From: Archangiaceae bacterium
Lineage (GTDB): Bacteria > Myxococcota > Myxococcia > Myxococcales > Myxococcaceae
Reading direction: 5' to 3'
Assembly (NCBI GenBank): GCA_043750125.1
Contig: JAYVCD010000321.1
Location: 1 to 13,612, forward strand
DNA length: 13,612 nt
A program made the translations under genes and the position numbers. Position 1 is the first letter of the stretch; the number at the start of each line of letters is the position of its first letter. Positions 1-6,664 of the stretch are shown piece by piece. The notes under the pieces were generated by a model. That model saw nothing but the letters and a program-made list of their open reading frames with translations, searched no databases and was not told the origin of the DNA.

Positions 1-575
1 CCGACAACGGTTACCGTGCTCAGCGGCTCGCCAAACATCCTGCGGGCTTCTTCTCGCAGCGCGCGCGCCACACTCGGATCGGCCGAGGTGACCGCGATCG
101 CGTGTTCGCCGACGACGGTGATCGCCACGCCCTTCAGATACAGCGGGCAGGGGATGCGCTCGAAGTTGTTGGCCATCGCGAACGCGAGGTGGCAGCGCAT
201 CTGAGTCGCGATCGTCCTTGTCGTCGGGGCCGACTTGAAATGCAGCACGACGCCGTCGGCGCGTTCTTCGACCCTGTCGAGGTGCGGCGCGAGCAGCGGA
301 CAAGAGGTCCGCTCGGGATCCGAGATTCCCCAGCAAGCGTCGTCCTGGAAGTTCTCGAGCTGCCTGGCTGCGTTGAGGTGTTTGAAGGCCGAGGCCATCT
401 TACGGTCGGCCTCGGCGAGGTTTGCATCGCTCGGCTCGTACGAGGTCGAGCGCTCGGCCGCGGCAATCTCGACGGCGGCCGCTTTCCGGTGCTCGTCGCC
501 TGTCAGTTCAGTGTGTGCGCACCGGGTCAGGCTGAAGAGAACTGCCACCAACAAGGCCGCGTTCGATTCGGTCAT
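1..575 (-). CDS. Hypothetical exported protein / putative lipoprotein with conserved-looking Cys motifs; runs off the left edge (3' partial)
   Basis: Absent from the ORF track because it has no stop in the window. My translation from ATG 575 stays open for 191 codons: MTESNAALLVAVLFSLTRCAHTELTGDEHRKAAA...QLENFQDDACWGISDPERTSCPLL...QMRCHLAFAMANNFERIPCPLYLKGV. SD GGAGGTG at 587-581, GC-rich third positions, and a hydrophobic N-terminus ending in an atypical lipobox (LTRC). Confidence 0.8.
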   Translation of the reverse strand, partial: MTESNAALLVAVLFSLTRCAHTELTGDEHRKAAAVEIAAAERSTSYEPSDANLAEADRKMASAFKHLNAARQLENFQDDACWGISDPERTSCPLLAPHLDRVEERADGVVLHFKSAPTTRTIATQMRCHLAFAMANNFERIPCPLYLKGVAITVVGEHAIAVTSADPSVARALREEARRMFGEPLSTVTVV

Positions 576-607
576 CAGGCCACCTCCGCAAGAGCGGGCG
601 GCTAGAG

Positions 608-623
608 TGCAGCGGGCGTACCG
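608..623 (-). promoter_or_regulatory. Putative sigma54 -24/-12 promoter for the gene starting at 575
   Basis: The minus strand reads CGGTACGCCCGCTGCA, with exact GG-N10-GC spacing and a close match to TGGCACG-N4-TTGC. It is intergenic, 32 nt upstream of the ATG. Confidence 0.55.
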
Positions 624-661
624 CTTGTGTTCCCGCCTGTATCCATTCCCCTGCGATTGGG

Positions 662-677
662 TGGCATAACGGCTGCT
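662..677 (+). promoter_or_regulatory. Putative sigma54 -24/-12 promoter, divergent from the 608-623 site
   Basis: TGGCATAACGGCTGCT, exact GG-N10-GC spacing, intergenic. Confidence 0.55.
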
Positions 678-763
678 TAGTTCCGCCCCGCGGGTCTGGC
701 CTGACCAACCCCGATTGCAGATCGCGAGGCTGACAGAGGGTTTTGTAGCTTGAAACAAGGGGA

Positions 764-1165
764 TTGATCCGCACCCTCGGGTACGCCGTCTACACCGGAG
801 CCGACATTGGTGAGTGCCTCGAAACCGCGAGTGCCATACACGACGGCGACATGGACAGTTGGTCCCGCGAATGGTTCCAGACGTCCGAGCGTATCGCAGC
901 GATTGGGGAAACGTGCCACGAGTGCGGCCGAGACATCAGCGCACGCGAGGCGTGGCTTCGCGCCTCCAACTATTACCGTGCCGCCGAGTTCTTCCTGGTT
1001 GCCCTTTTCCCCGATGACCCCCGCGCGAAAAAAGGCAGCACAGCGCAGCCGCGAGACGTTCGCTGCGGCGGGTACCTTGGTGCCCGCGCTGCAGCGTTCG
1101 AGCACAGACTTGCGGCTTTGATCCTGGACCCCGGCTTCTGGTCGTTTGCAGATGTGGTGCGGGGG
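764..1165 (+). pseudogene. Alpha/beta-hydrolase remnant (FrsA / 2,6-dihydroxypseudooxynicotine-hydrolase-like); 5'-truncated, frameshifted and internally deleted
   Basis: The family N-terminal motifs RTLG...GADIGEC, W..EW and AREAWLRASNYYRAAEFF are present. The expected continuation (AAQRSRETFAAA) is in the +1 frame after the A6 run at 1028-1033. At 1067 the sequence jumps to GGYLGARAAAFEHRLAALILDPG, the segment that normally follows the G-x-S-x nucleophile. The catalytic Ser and the C-terminal half are missing. End coordinate approximate. Confidence 0.75.
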
Positions 1166-1272
1166 AAGACGCCCGAACTCGTCCTTGGCCTAAAGGGCGT
1201 CCCCGCCGAGGAGGCCGCGATGGCGATTGGGTATGGCGTTCGAGGGCGAAGAATCGACATCGCCCTACCGGT

Positions 1273-1971
1273 GAGCGACGGAACAGGCTCTCGCCAAGGC
1301 AGGGAAGCGCAGGTTGCGAGCCATTTGGCATGTTGAGTCGCCATCGAAGCGACGATGAGGGCAAACGCCTCGTAGTTCGCAAAGAGGCCGTGGCGGCCGG
1401 TGAGCACATAGCCTTCCAGCCACCCTTCGCAGTTGTGCTCGCTCAACACATCCATCACCCGTCCTTCCGCGGACACGTGGTCGTCGATGGCAATGGTTGG
1501 CTCCTGGAAGCAGCGCGTCTCGACGTCGAACACCGCACCAAGCCGATTCGAATTGGTTTCGTCTGGGCAAAAAAGGCGAAAGGTCTTGGGGTTGCGGGAG
1601 TAGTAGATGTCGCGCAGCATTCCCTCGAGCGCTCGCGTCGACTCGTGGTGAACGGAGTCGTGCTCGGGCACAGAAACCGCGTACGCCGCGAAGTCGGGGA
1701 TATCGAGGGGCACGGTGAGCTTCCCGCCGTTTGCGTGAGGATTCTTGCCCATGGGCCGGTCTCCCTTCGGAGCGAGCTCTTTCAAGTGTCTTGCCAGGCG
1801 TCCGCGCTCATCGAAGAGGCGCTCTGGCTGGTGGCTGCGCATCCACGTCTCGAACATCGACAATTGTTTTGGATCGGCCCGCAAGCCTTCAAGAGGCGCG
1901 GTCTCTGCTTCCCCGTCGCCCACCATGGCTACTGCGAGGAGACCAGGATTATCGAAGACCGCGCCGAACGC
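1273..1971 (-). pseudogene. xfp: Phosphoketolase (XFP/XPK) remnant, truncated at both ends with an in-frame internal deletion
   Basis: AFGAVFDNP...VGDGEAETAPLEG (TPP-binding motif), WMRS..PE.LFD, NPHANGG, FRLFCPDETNSNRL, VLSEHNCEGWLEGYVLTGRHGLF..YEAF and QHAKWL...PWR.PVPSL. Only about 233 codons of a roughly 790-aa enzyme remain, with no native start or stop. Confidence 0.9.
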
Positions 1972-1974
1972 CGT

Positions 1975-2138
1975 CGTCGGTCGGTATTCGCTGAAGAAGT
2001 AGCCGCGGCCCGAGCGGTCAGGCCGGGAAGCATTTTCAGCTCGTCGCCTTCCCAACCGGTGAGGCAATGCGGGATAAACTGGTTGCCCTTCATGCCGCTG
2101 ACCGCATCGAACAGAGCGCTTTCCTCGAGCGCGTTGAA
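1975..2138 (-). pseudogene. Short unidentified coding fragment(s), partly resembling an MBL-fold hydrolase segment
   Basis: The minus-strand frame FNALEESALFDAVSGMKGNQFIPHCLTGWEGDELKMLPGLT has coding-like GC3. WEGDELKMLPGLT (2054-2016) recalls the W.G..L.L.PG.T segment before GGHF in one MBL-fold family. It continues after a frame change as DRSGRGYFFSEY. Family call is from memory only. Confidence 0.3.
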
Positions 2139-3980
2139 GTGAGTCGCACCCGCCTGGCACGCTTTGTTTTTGTCGCGCTCAGCTTGAGCGCCAACGCTTT
2201 CGGGCAAGAGCGATACGCCTTGCTGGTCGGAGCCAATGCCGGCTGGTCAGACGATCGGCCGCTGGCCCATGCGGAATCCGATGCCGAACGGGTGCAGCAG
2301 GCCCTGATCGAAGTCGGAGGATTCAAGCCCGAGCGCATCGAGCTGCTGCGGGACCCCGACGGCTCTGAGGTCCGCGCCCGGCTGCGTCGACTCTCAGATC
2401 GCGCCCGCGCGAGCCCTGAGGGCGCGATCGTTTTTTTCTACTACTCCGGTCACGCCGACCAGAAGTACCTCCACCTGCGCGGAATGCCGTTGGGGTGGGA
2501 CGAGCTCGTCGCGGCGCTTCGGGACATGCCGGCCCGGGTGCGAATCGGGTTGTTCGATGCGTGTCGTTCGGGAAGCGTGCTGGCGACCAAGGGGGGAGCT
2601 CCGACGGCGCTCTTCGAAGCCAAGGCCGAGGAGCCCGTTCAGGGGATGGCATTGATTACGTCCTCGGGCGCCGACGAGTTGTCTCAAGAGACGCGCGCGA
2701 TGCAGGGCAGCGTCTTCACCCACCACTTCGTCTCGGGGTTGCGCGGCGCCGCCGACTTCAATCACGACGGTCGGGTCACGCTCGGCGAGGCCTATCGCTA
2801 CAGCTACGAGCGCACCGAGGCGGACACCGCGGCCACTGCAGTGCCCCAGCGCCCGGCATTTCGAATGGAGCTCAAAGGCCAGGGTGAGCTGACCTTGAGT
2901 GAGGTGACCAGGGCCGGCCCCGGCCTCGTGCTGCCCGCGGGTCCGCGACAGCGATACGTGATCGTCGATTCGCGCGAATGGAAGCTGGTGGCCGAAGGCG
3001 TCAGCCGACCGGAATCGGAAGTGGTGCTGTTTCTGGGCGCAGGCGACTATCGGGTGAAGCGGGTGACGCCCGATGCCCTCGAGGTGGCCAGCGTCCACAT
3101 CGAACGGATTCCCGTTTCAACGGCTTCGTTGACGTTCACCCGCGAGCCCCTGTCCGTCGGATTCGTCAAAGGGCGCCCGGAAGCCGTCGACCCGATCATG
3201 CTGCGCGAGTACCGGCGGGCCGAGGGGCTGAGGTTGTTGGCGATGGGCGAAACGGGCGCGGCGCGCGCGGTCTTCGAGGGAATTCTCGCCGACTGGCCCG
3301 GCGACGTGGGCAGCGTTCGGGGCAAAGCCCGGGCCTACGTCCGGGAAGCAGAGACCTGGGAACGGGTCGGGGACCACGCGCGCGAGCTGGTGAGTCTGCA
3401 AGGAGCATTGGGGCTCGAGCCCACGCTCGCCGAAGACCCGGACTTCACCCGTTGGTACCGGCGGATGGTCGAGGCCGAAGCCGAGCAGAAGCGGGACATC
3501 GAAATCAAAAAGAACGTCGACGTTGAGATCTCGCAAAATCCAAGGCTGAAGAAGCGGTGGGGGCTGGGCATCGAGCTGTTCGGCACCCGGGGCAACATCT
3601 GCGCGATGTTTCAAGTGATGTTCTTTTCGCAGCTGGTTACTTCGCTGAGCATTTCGGCGTTCGGGCCGGGCATGGACTTGAGCGTCAAGTGGGTGCCGCT
3701 GGGGTGGCGGGTGTCGCCCTGGATTCAGTTGGGCGGCTATTACAACTTGAGCCAGCTGTGGAACCCCAACAAAGGTCCGGTGGCCACCATCAACGGCCAA
3801 CCGAGCCCGTTCATCGACAGCTGGAACACCGGCGGTCATGCCGACATCGGGGTGCAGTACTTCGGCACGTTGGGCTTCGTCATCGAGGGCGGCATCGGGG
3901 TCCAGATGCACATGGACTTGCACAATGGCGGCGTGGCGTTCATGCCCTGGCCGAACTTCGCGATGAGCTGGTTTTTCTAA
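2139..3980 (+). CDS. Exported caspase-family (peptidase C14, orthocaspase-like) protease with a TPR-like helical region and a C-terminal outer-membrane beta-barrel-like domain
   Basis: RYALLVGAN first strand, catalytic His in FFYYSGHA (2451-2453), catalytic Cys in DACRSG (2562-2564), S.E...GSVFTHH...GLRGAAD, and an EF-hand-like loop DFNHDGRVTLGE (2754-2789). GTG 2139 gives a clean Sec signal peptide (MSRTRLARFVFVALSLSANAFG/Q), which I prefer to ATG 2067. Helical repeats at about 3198-3476, then amphipathic Gly/aromatic strands from about 3558 ending in terminal WFF. Confidence 0.9.
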   Translation: MSRTRLARFVFVALSLSANAFGQERYALLVGANAGWSDDRPLAHAESDAERVQQALIEVGGFKPERIELLRDPDGSEVRARLRRLSDRARASPEGAIVFFYYSGHADQKYLHLRGMPLGWDELVAALRDMPARVRIGLFDACRSGSVLATKGGAPTALFEAKAEEPVQGMALITSSGADELSQETRAMQGSVFTHHFVSGLRGAADFNHDGRVTLGEAYRYSYERTEADTAATAVPQRPAFRMELKGQGELTLSEVTRAGPGLVLPAGPRQRYVIVDSREWKLVAEGVSRPESEVVLFLGAGDYRVKRVTPDALEVASVHIERIPVSTASLTFTREPLSVGFVKGRPEAVDPIMLREYRRAEGLRLLAMGETGAARAVFEGILADWPGDVGSVRGKARAYVREAETWERVGDHARELVSLQGALGLEPTLAEDPDFTRWYRRMVEAEAEQKRDIEIKKNVDVEISQNPRLKKRWGLGIELFGTRGNICAMFQVMFFSQLVTSLSISAFGPGMDLSVKWVPLGWRVSPWIQLGGYYNLSQLWNPNKGPVATINGQPSPFIDSWNTGGHADIGVQYFGTLGFVIEGGIGVQMHMDLHNGGVAFMPWPNFAMSWFF

Positions 3981-3984
3981 AAGC

Positions 3985-4683
3985 TCACTGCTTGATCCAC
4001 TGCAGTTCGCTCACCACCAACCCAGACGGAAAGGGCTGGTTTGCACGCACGGCCTCGAGCAGGGGCTGGAGCGCGAATTCGGAAGCGCCGTAAACGGCGA
4101 AGACCCGCTCGCGACCCAGGGCCGAGTCGAGCTGGGTGGCTGCCGGCAACATCGACTGGTTCGGACGGTAGGCGGCCGCGATCTGCCCGCCCACCGGGTA
4201 GTAGACCGAGACCTGGCCGATGCCATCTTTGGAAAGGATGGCGACGAAGCCCTCGGTGGGAACCCGCAGCTCGAAGCGCACCTCGTCGCCGGGGTGGGTC
4301 ACGGCGCCGTCGGCCAGCTTTTCGCTGCCGCTGGCCGTCTTGCGATGAACGGTGAGGGCGATGGTTCCCTTTGCGGTCCAATCGCTCTCTTTGGCATTGA
4401 GCGCGAACACGCCTGCCAGCACCATCGCTGCCGCCGCGACGAATGCCGGAAGCCACCGCAAGATCCACCGCGATTGCGGCGGCGCTTCGAGCTTTGCGAC
4501 CACCGGCCCGACGGGATGCTTGATGAAGAAGGCGCGGTTGTCGGCCCGGAGATCTTCAAGGCGTGCCCGCTCGGTCGCCGATGCCTGGAGCGCGGCCTCG
4601 ATCGCTTGTCGTTGCTCGGGCTTGAGATCTCCGGCGAGGTACCGCTCGAGCAAGGCGTCGGCAATCGGACGATGGGGACTCAC
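3985..4683 (-). CDS. Membrane-anchored anti-sigma factor-like protein with an extracytoplasmic DUF4384-type domain (232 aa)
   Basis: The GTG start overlaps the sigma-factor stop (GTGA 4683-4680), with SD-like GGAAGG. N-terminal anti-sigma-domain pattern D.LLERYLAGDL..EQR..IE..L, a single TM helix WLPAFVAAAAMVLAGVFAL, then PGDEVRF...GFVAILSKDG.G.VSVYYP and LP....LD...G.ER.FAV as in DUF4384-like domains. Confidence 0.85.
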   Translation of the reverse strand: MSPHRPIADALLERYLAGDLKPEQRQAIEAALQASATERARLEDLRADNRAFFIKHPVGPVVAKLEAPPQSRWILRWLPAFVAAAAMVLAGVFALNAKESDWTAKGTIALTVHRKTASGSEKLADGAVTHPGDEVRFELRVPTEGFVAILSKDGIGQVSVYYPVGGQIAAAYRPNQSMLPAATQLDSALGRERVFAVYGASEFALQPLLEAVRANQPFPSGLVVSELQWIKQ

Positions 4684-5267
4684 GCGGCACCTTCCATCGA
4701 CAACCGGGTCGCGCGTTTTCGACCGCGCTCGGAAAAGGCTTTCAGCACCCGGCCCACCGTCTTGCGCGACAGGTCCAGAGCATCGGCAATCTCGAGGGTC
4801 GAATGACCCTCGACGAAGTACAGCACTGCGATCGTCATCGTCTGCTCGTCTTCGCCTGAAGTGAGCAGCGCCAGATCTTTGGCGGCCTCGACCCTGGCCA
4901 TCGGCTCGACCGGCGAGGCCACCTCGAAGGCAGGATCTTCGGCACCCTCGTCGAATTCGATCGCCCGAAGTTGACCGCTCCAGCGGGCCCGCTTCCGCAG
5001 CCGGTCGAACGATTGATAGGTCGCCATCTGGTACAGCACGGTGAACGGCGCAGCGGCGCCGGTCCATCGGCTGCTCTGGCGCAGGTAATCGAGGAAGACT
5101 TCCTGGGTTACGTCGGCGGCTTCCGCTTCATCGTCGAGCAGCTTGCGCGCGCGCCGAAAAATCGCGGGGGCATACTGGCTGTACAAACTCTTCAGCTTTT
5201 CTGCGTCGGCGGCCACCGCTGGGCTTCTAACATCCCAAAGCGCAGCGTCGGGCACCGAGCAGTTCAT
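4680..5267 (-). CDS. ECF (group IV) sigma-70 family RNA polymerase sigma factor
   Basis: Region 2: LY..YAP.IFRRAR.LL.DEAEAADVTQEVF...LYQMAT...DRLR. Region 4: EGHSTLEIADALDLSRKTVGRVL. 195 aa. An alternative in-frame start is GTG 5216. Confidence 0.93.
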   Translation of the reverse strand: MNCSVPDAALWDVRSPAVAADAEKLKSLYSQYAPAIFRRARKLLDDEAEAADVTQEVFLDYLRQSSRWTGAAAPFTVLYQMATYQSFDRLRKRARWSGQLRAIEFDEGAEDPAFEVASPVEPMARVEAAKDLALLTSGEDEQTMTIAVLYFVEGHSTLEIADALDLSRKTVGRVLKAFSERGRKRATRLSMEGAA

Positions 5268-5310
5268 GAATATGGGTCGCGCGGGATCCGTCGCGCGGGC
5301 CTTTTATTTT

Positions 5311-5340
5311 GTTGTCCCCAAAAGATTGGGTGGGACGACT
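5311..5340. promoter_or_regulatory. Pseudo-palindromic candidate ECF promoter/operator in the divergent intergenic region
   Basis: GTTGTCCC-N13-GGGACGAC is a 7/8 inverted repeat preceded by the AT-rich tract CTTTTATTTT. It reads TGTCCC-N17-CGACT on + and CGTCCC-N17-CAACA on -, which is ECF-like -35/-10 spacing. Function is inferred. Confidence 0.4.
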
Positions 5341-5389
5341 GATGACATGCAAAAGCACATTCAGTGCTGGCGACTCGCGGAGCATCATC

Positions 5390-5728
5390 ATGAAGGTTCT
5401 TCTCGCTGGGCTTTTGGCGTTGGGCATGTTGGCCGGCTGCGGAGGAGGTGGAACCACTCCGCTGCAGGCGTGCAAAGACCAGGGCGCTCAGGAATGTAAG
5501 AAAATGTGGAGCTGCAACAGCCCGGTGAAGATCGGCAATGACGAAGCCAGCTGCATCACCTCGTACGACAGCCTTTGCCAGCTTGCCGCGGCGGGCTGCC
5601 CCACTGGGAAGACGCAGGACTTGTCGAAGGTCCCGGCGTGCATCTCGGACACCGCGAATGCGACCTGCGCCGAGTACAACGCCGGCTCGTACAGGGCGGC
5701 GAACTGCGACGCGGTGAAGTGTAAGTAG
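5390..5728 (+). CDS. Small Cys-rich lipoprotein (112 aa)
   Basis: SD GGAG at 5379-5382, signal peptide II MKVLLAGLLALGMLAG/C with a canonical LAGC lipobox, and 10 further Cys (an even number, compatible with 5 disulfides). Confidence 0.88.
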   Translation: MKVLLAGLLALGMLAGCGGGGTTPLQACKDQGAQECKKMWSCNSPVKIGNDEASCITSYDSLCQLAAAGCPTGKTQDLSKVPACISDTANATCAEYNAGSYRAANCDAVKCK

Positions 5729-5792
5729 CGGGCAGCCCGATGGGGTGAGCGGGGCCGTTTGATCAACGGGGCGTGAAGGCTGCGATTCGGGT

Positions 5793-6662
5793 ATGAGCGC
5801 ATCGGCCTTGACCGACCCCACTGCAGCCCGCGCGACCTGTGCCGTGGTCACCCTTCCGGGCGGCGCGCGGGCGATCAAAGACCGGGCGAGCGGGCAGGTG
5901 ATGCATTGCGGCACGGGCCCTTCGGTCGAGCCGGGCGAAATCTATGTGACTCCTTCGCGCCTGGAGGCCCGGTTGGGGGAAGGGGGCGAGGGGCTGGTCC
6001 TCTTCGACGTGGGGCTGGGCGCCGCGTCCAATGCCCTGGCCGCGTGGCGGGTTTCGGAAGGAGCTCCACCGGGATCACGCAAGCTCGAGATCGTCAGCTT
6101 CGATCACGACCTGCTGCCGCTCGAGCTGGCGCTGCTGCCAGAGAACGCAGAGTCCTTCGGGCTGGCCGACCCCGCGGCCCAGGCCGCCGCCCGTGCGCTG
6201 TTCGCGGTAGGCCGTTTTGAAACCGCGCGAACGGTGTGGCGCCTGGCGCTGGGCGACTTCCCGCAGTGCCTGGCGCTCGAAGGCCAGGCTCGCGCCGACA
6301 TCGTGTTCTGGGACCTCTACTCGGCACGCACCAACCCCGTGCTGTGGACGGTGACGATGTTTGCGCAGCTGCGGCGGGCCTGCCGAGACGGAGCGACGCT
6401 TCACACCACCAGCGCCTCGACCTCGGCCCGCACCGCGATGTTGCTCGGCGGTTTTGCCGTCGGGCGAAGCGTGGGCACCGGCAACCGGGACGAGACGACC
6501 ATTGCCTCGACCCATCACCAGACGCTGACGGCTCCTCTCGACGCGCGCTGGCTGCAGCGATTGGGGCGGTCTTCGGCAGCCTTTCCGTCCGATGTCTCGA
6601 CCGAAGTCGACGCGCGCGCGGCCGCAGTCGCCAGGGTCCAGGGGTTGCCGCAGTTTCTGTGA
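5793..6662 (+). CDS. SAM-dependent methyltransferase, stand-alone MnmC N-terminal-domain-like (mnm5s2U methyltransferase family)
   Basis: Motif I VLFDVGLGAASNA, IVSFDHD, and ADIVFWDLYSARTNPVLWT resembling MnmC D.F.P..NP..W. Also SAST..R.AML.GGF.V..G.G...ETTIA. Confidence 0.75.
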   Translation: MSASALTDPTAARATCAVVTLPGGARAIKDRASGQVMHCGTGPSVEPGEIYVTPSRLEARLGEGGEGLVLFDVGLGAASNALAAWRVSEGAPPGSRKLEIVSFDHDLLPLELALLPENAESFGLADPAAQAAARALFAVGRFETARTVWRLALGDFPQCLALEGQARADIVFWDLYSARTNPVLWTVTMFAQLRRACRDGATLHTTSASTSARTAMLLGGFAVGRSVGTGNRDETTIASTHHQTLTAPLDARWLQRLGRSSAAFPSDVSTEVDARAAAVARVQGLPQFL

Positions 6663-6664
6663 GG

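Noticed and set aside
1028-1034. A6G run as a programmed ribosomal frameshift
   Set aside because: It lies in a gene that lacks its catalytic Ser and both ends, so a simple indel explains it.
1330-2142. 270-aa plus-strand ORF whose stop overlaps the caspase GTG (GTGA)
   Set aside because: Its composition is that of an antisense frame of the phosphoketolase remnant, so the overlap is probably coincidental.
973-2160. 395-aa ORF as an intact phosphoketolase
   Set aside because: Only 1273-1971 matches the family, with an internal deletion; the flanks are unrelated read-through.
2155-2170. TGGCACG perfect sigma54 -24 element
   Set aside because: There is no GC at the -12 position, and it lies inside the caspase signal-peptide coding region.
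4684-5067. N-terminal extension of the anti-sigma ORF (360-aa version)
   Set aside because: It overlaps the sigma gene out of frame; the GTGA-coupled start at 4683 is much more plausible.
2139-5267. CRISPR-associated (Craspase-like) or anti-phage caspase system
   Set aside because: No cas genes, repeats, gasdermin-like or NLR-like genes are in the window, and the protease appears exported. The comparison is only a mechanistic analogy.
5769-5784. GG-N10-GC upstream of the methyltransferase
   Set aside because: Weak match (GGGCGTG...CTGCG), and the implied transcription start would fall at or after ATG 5793.
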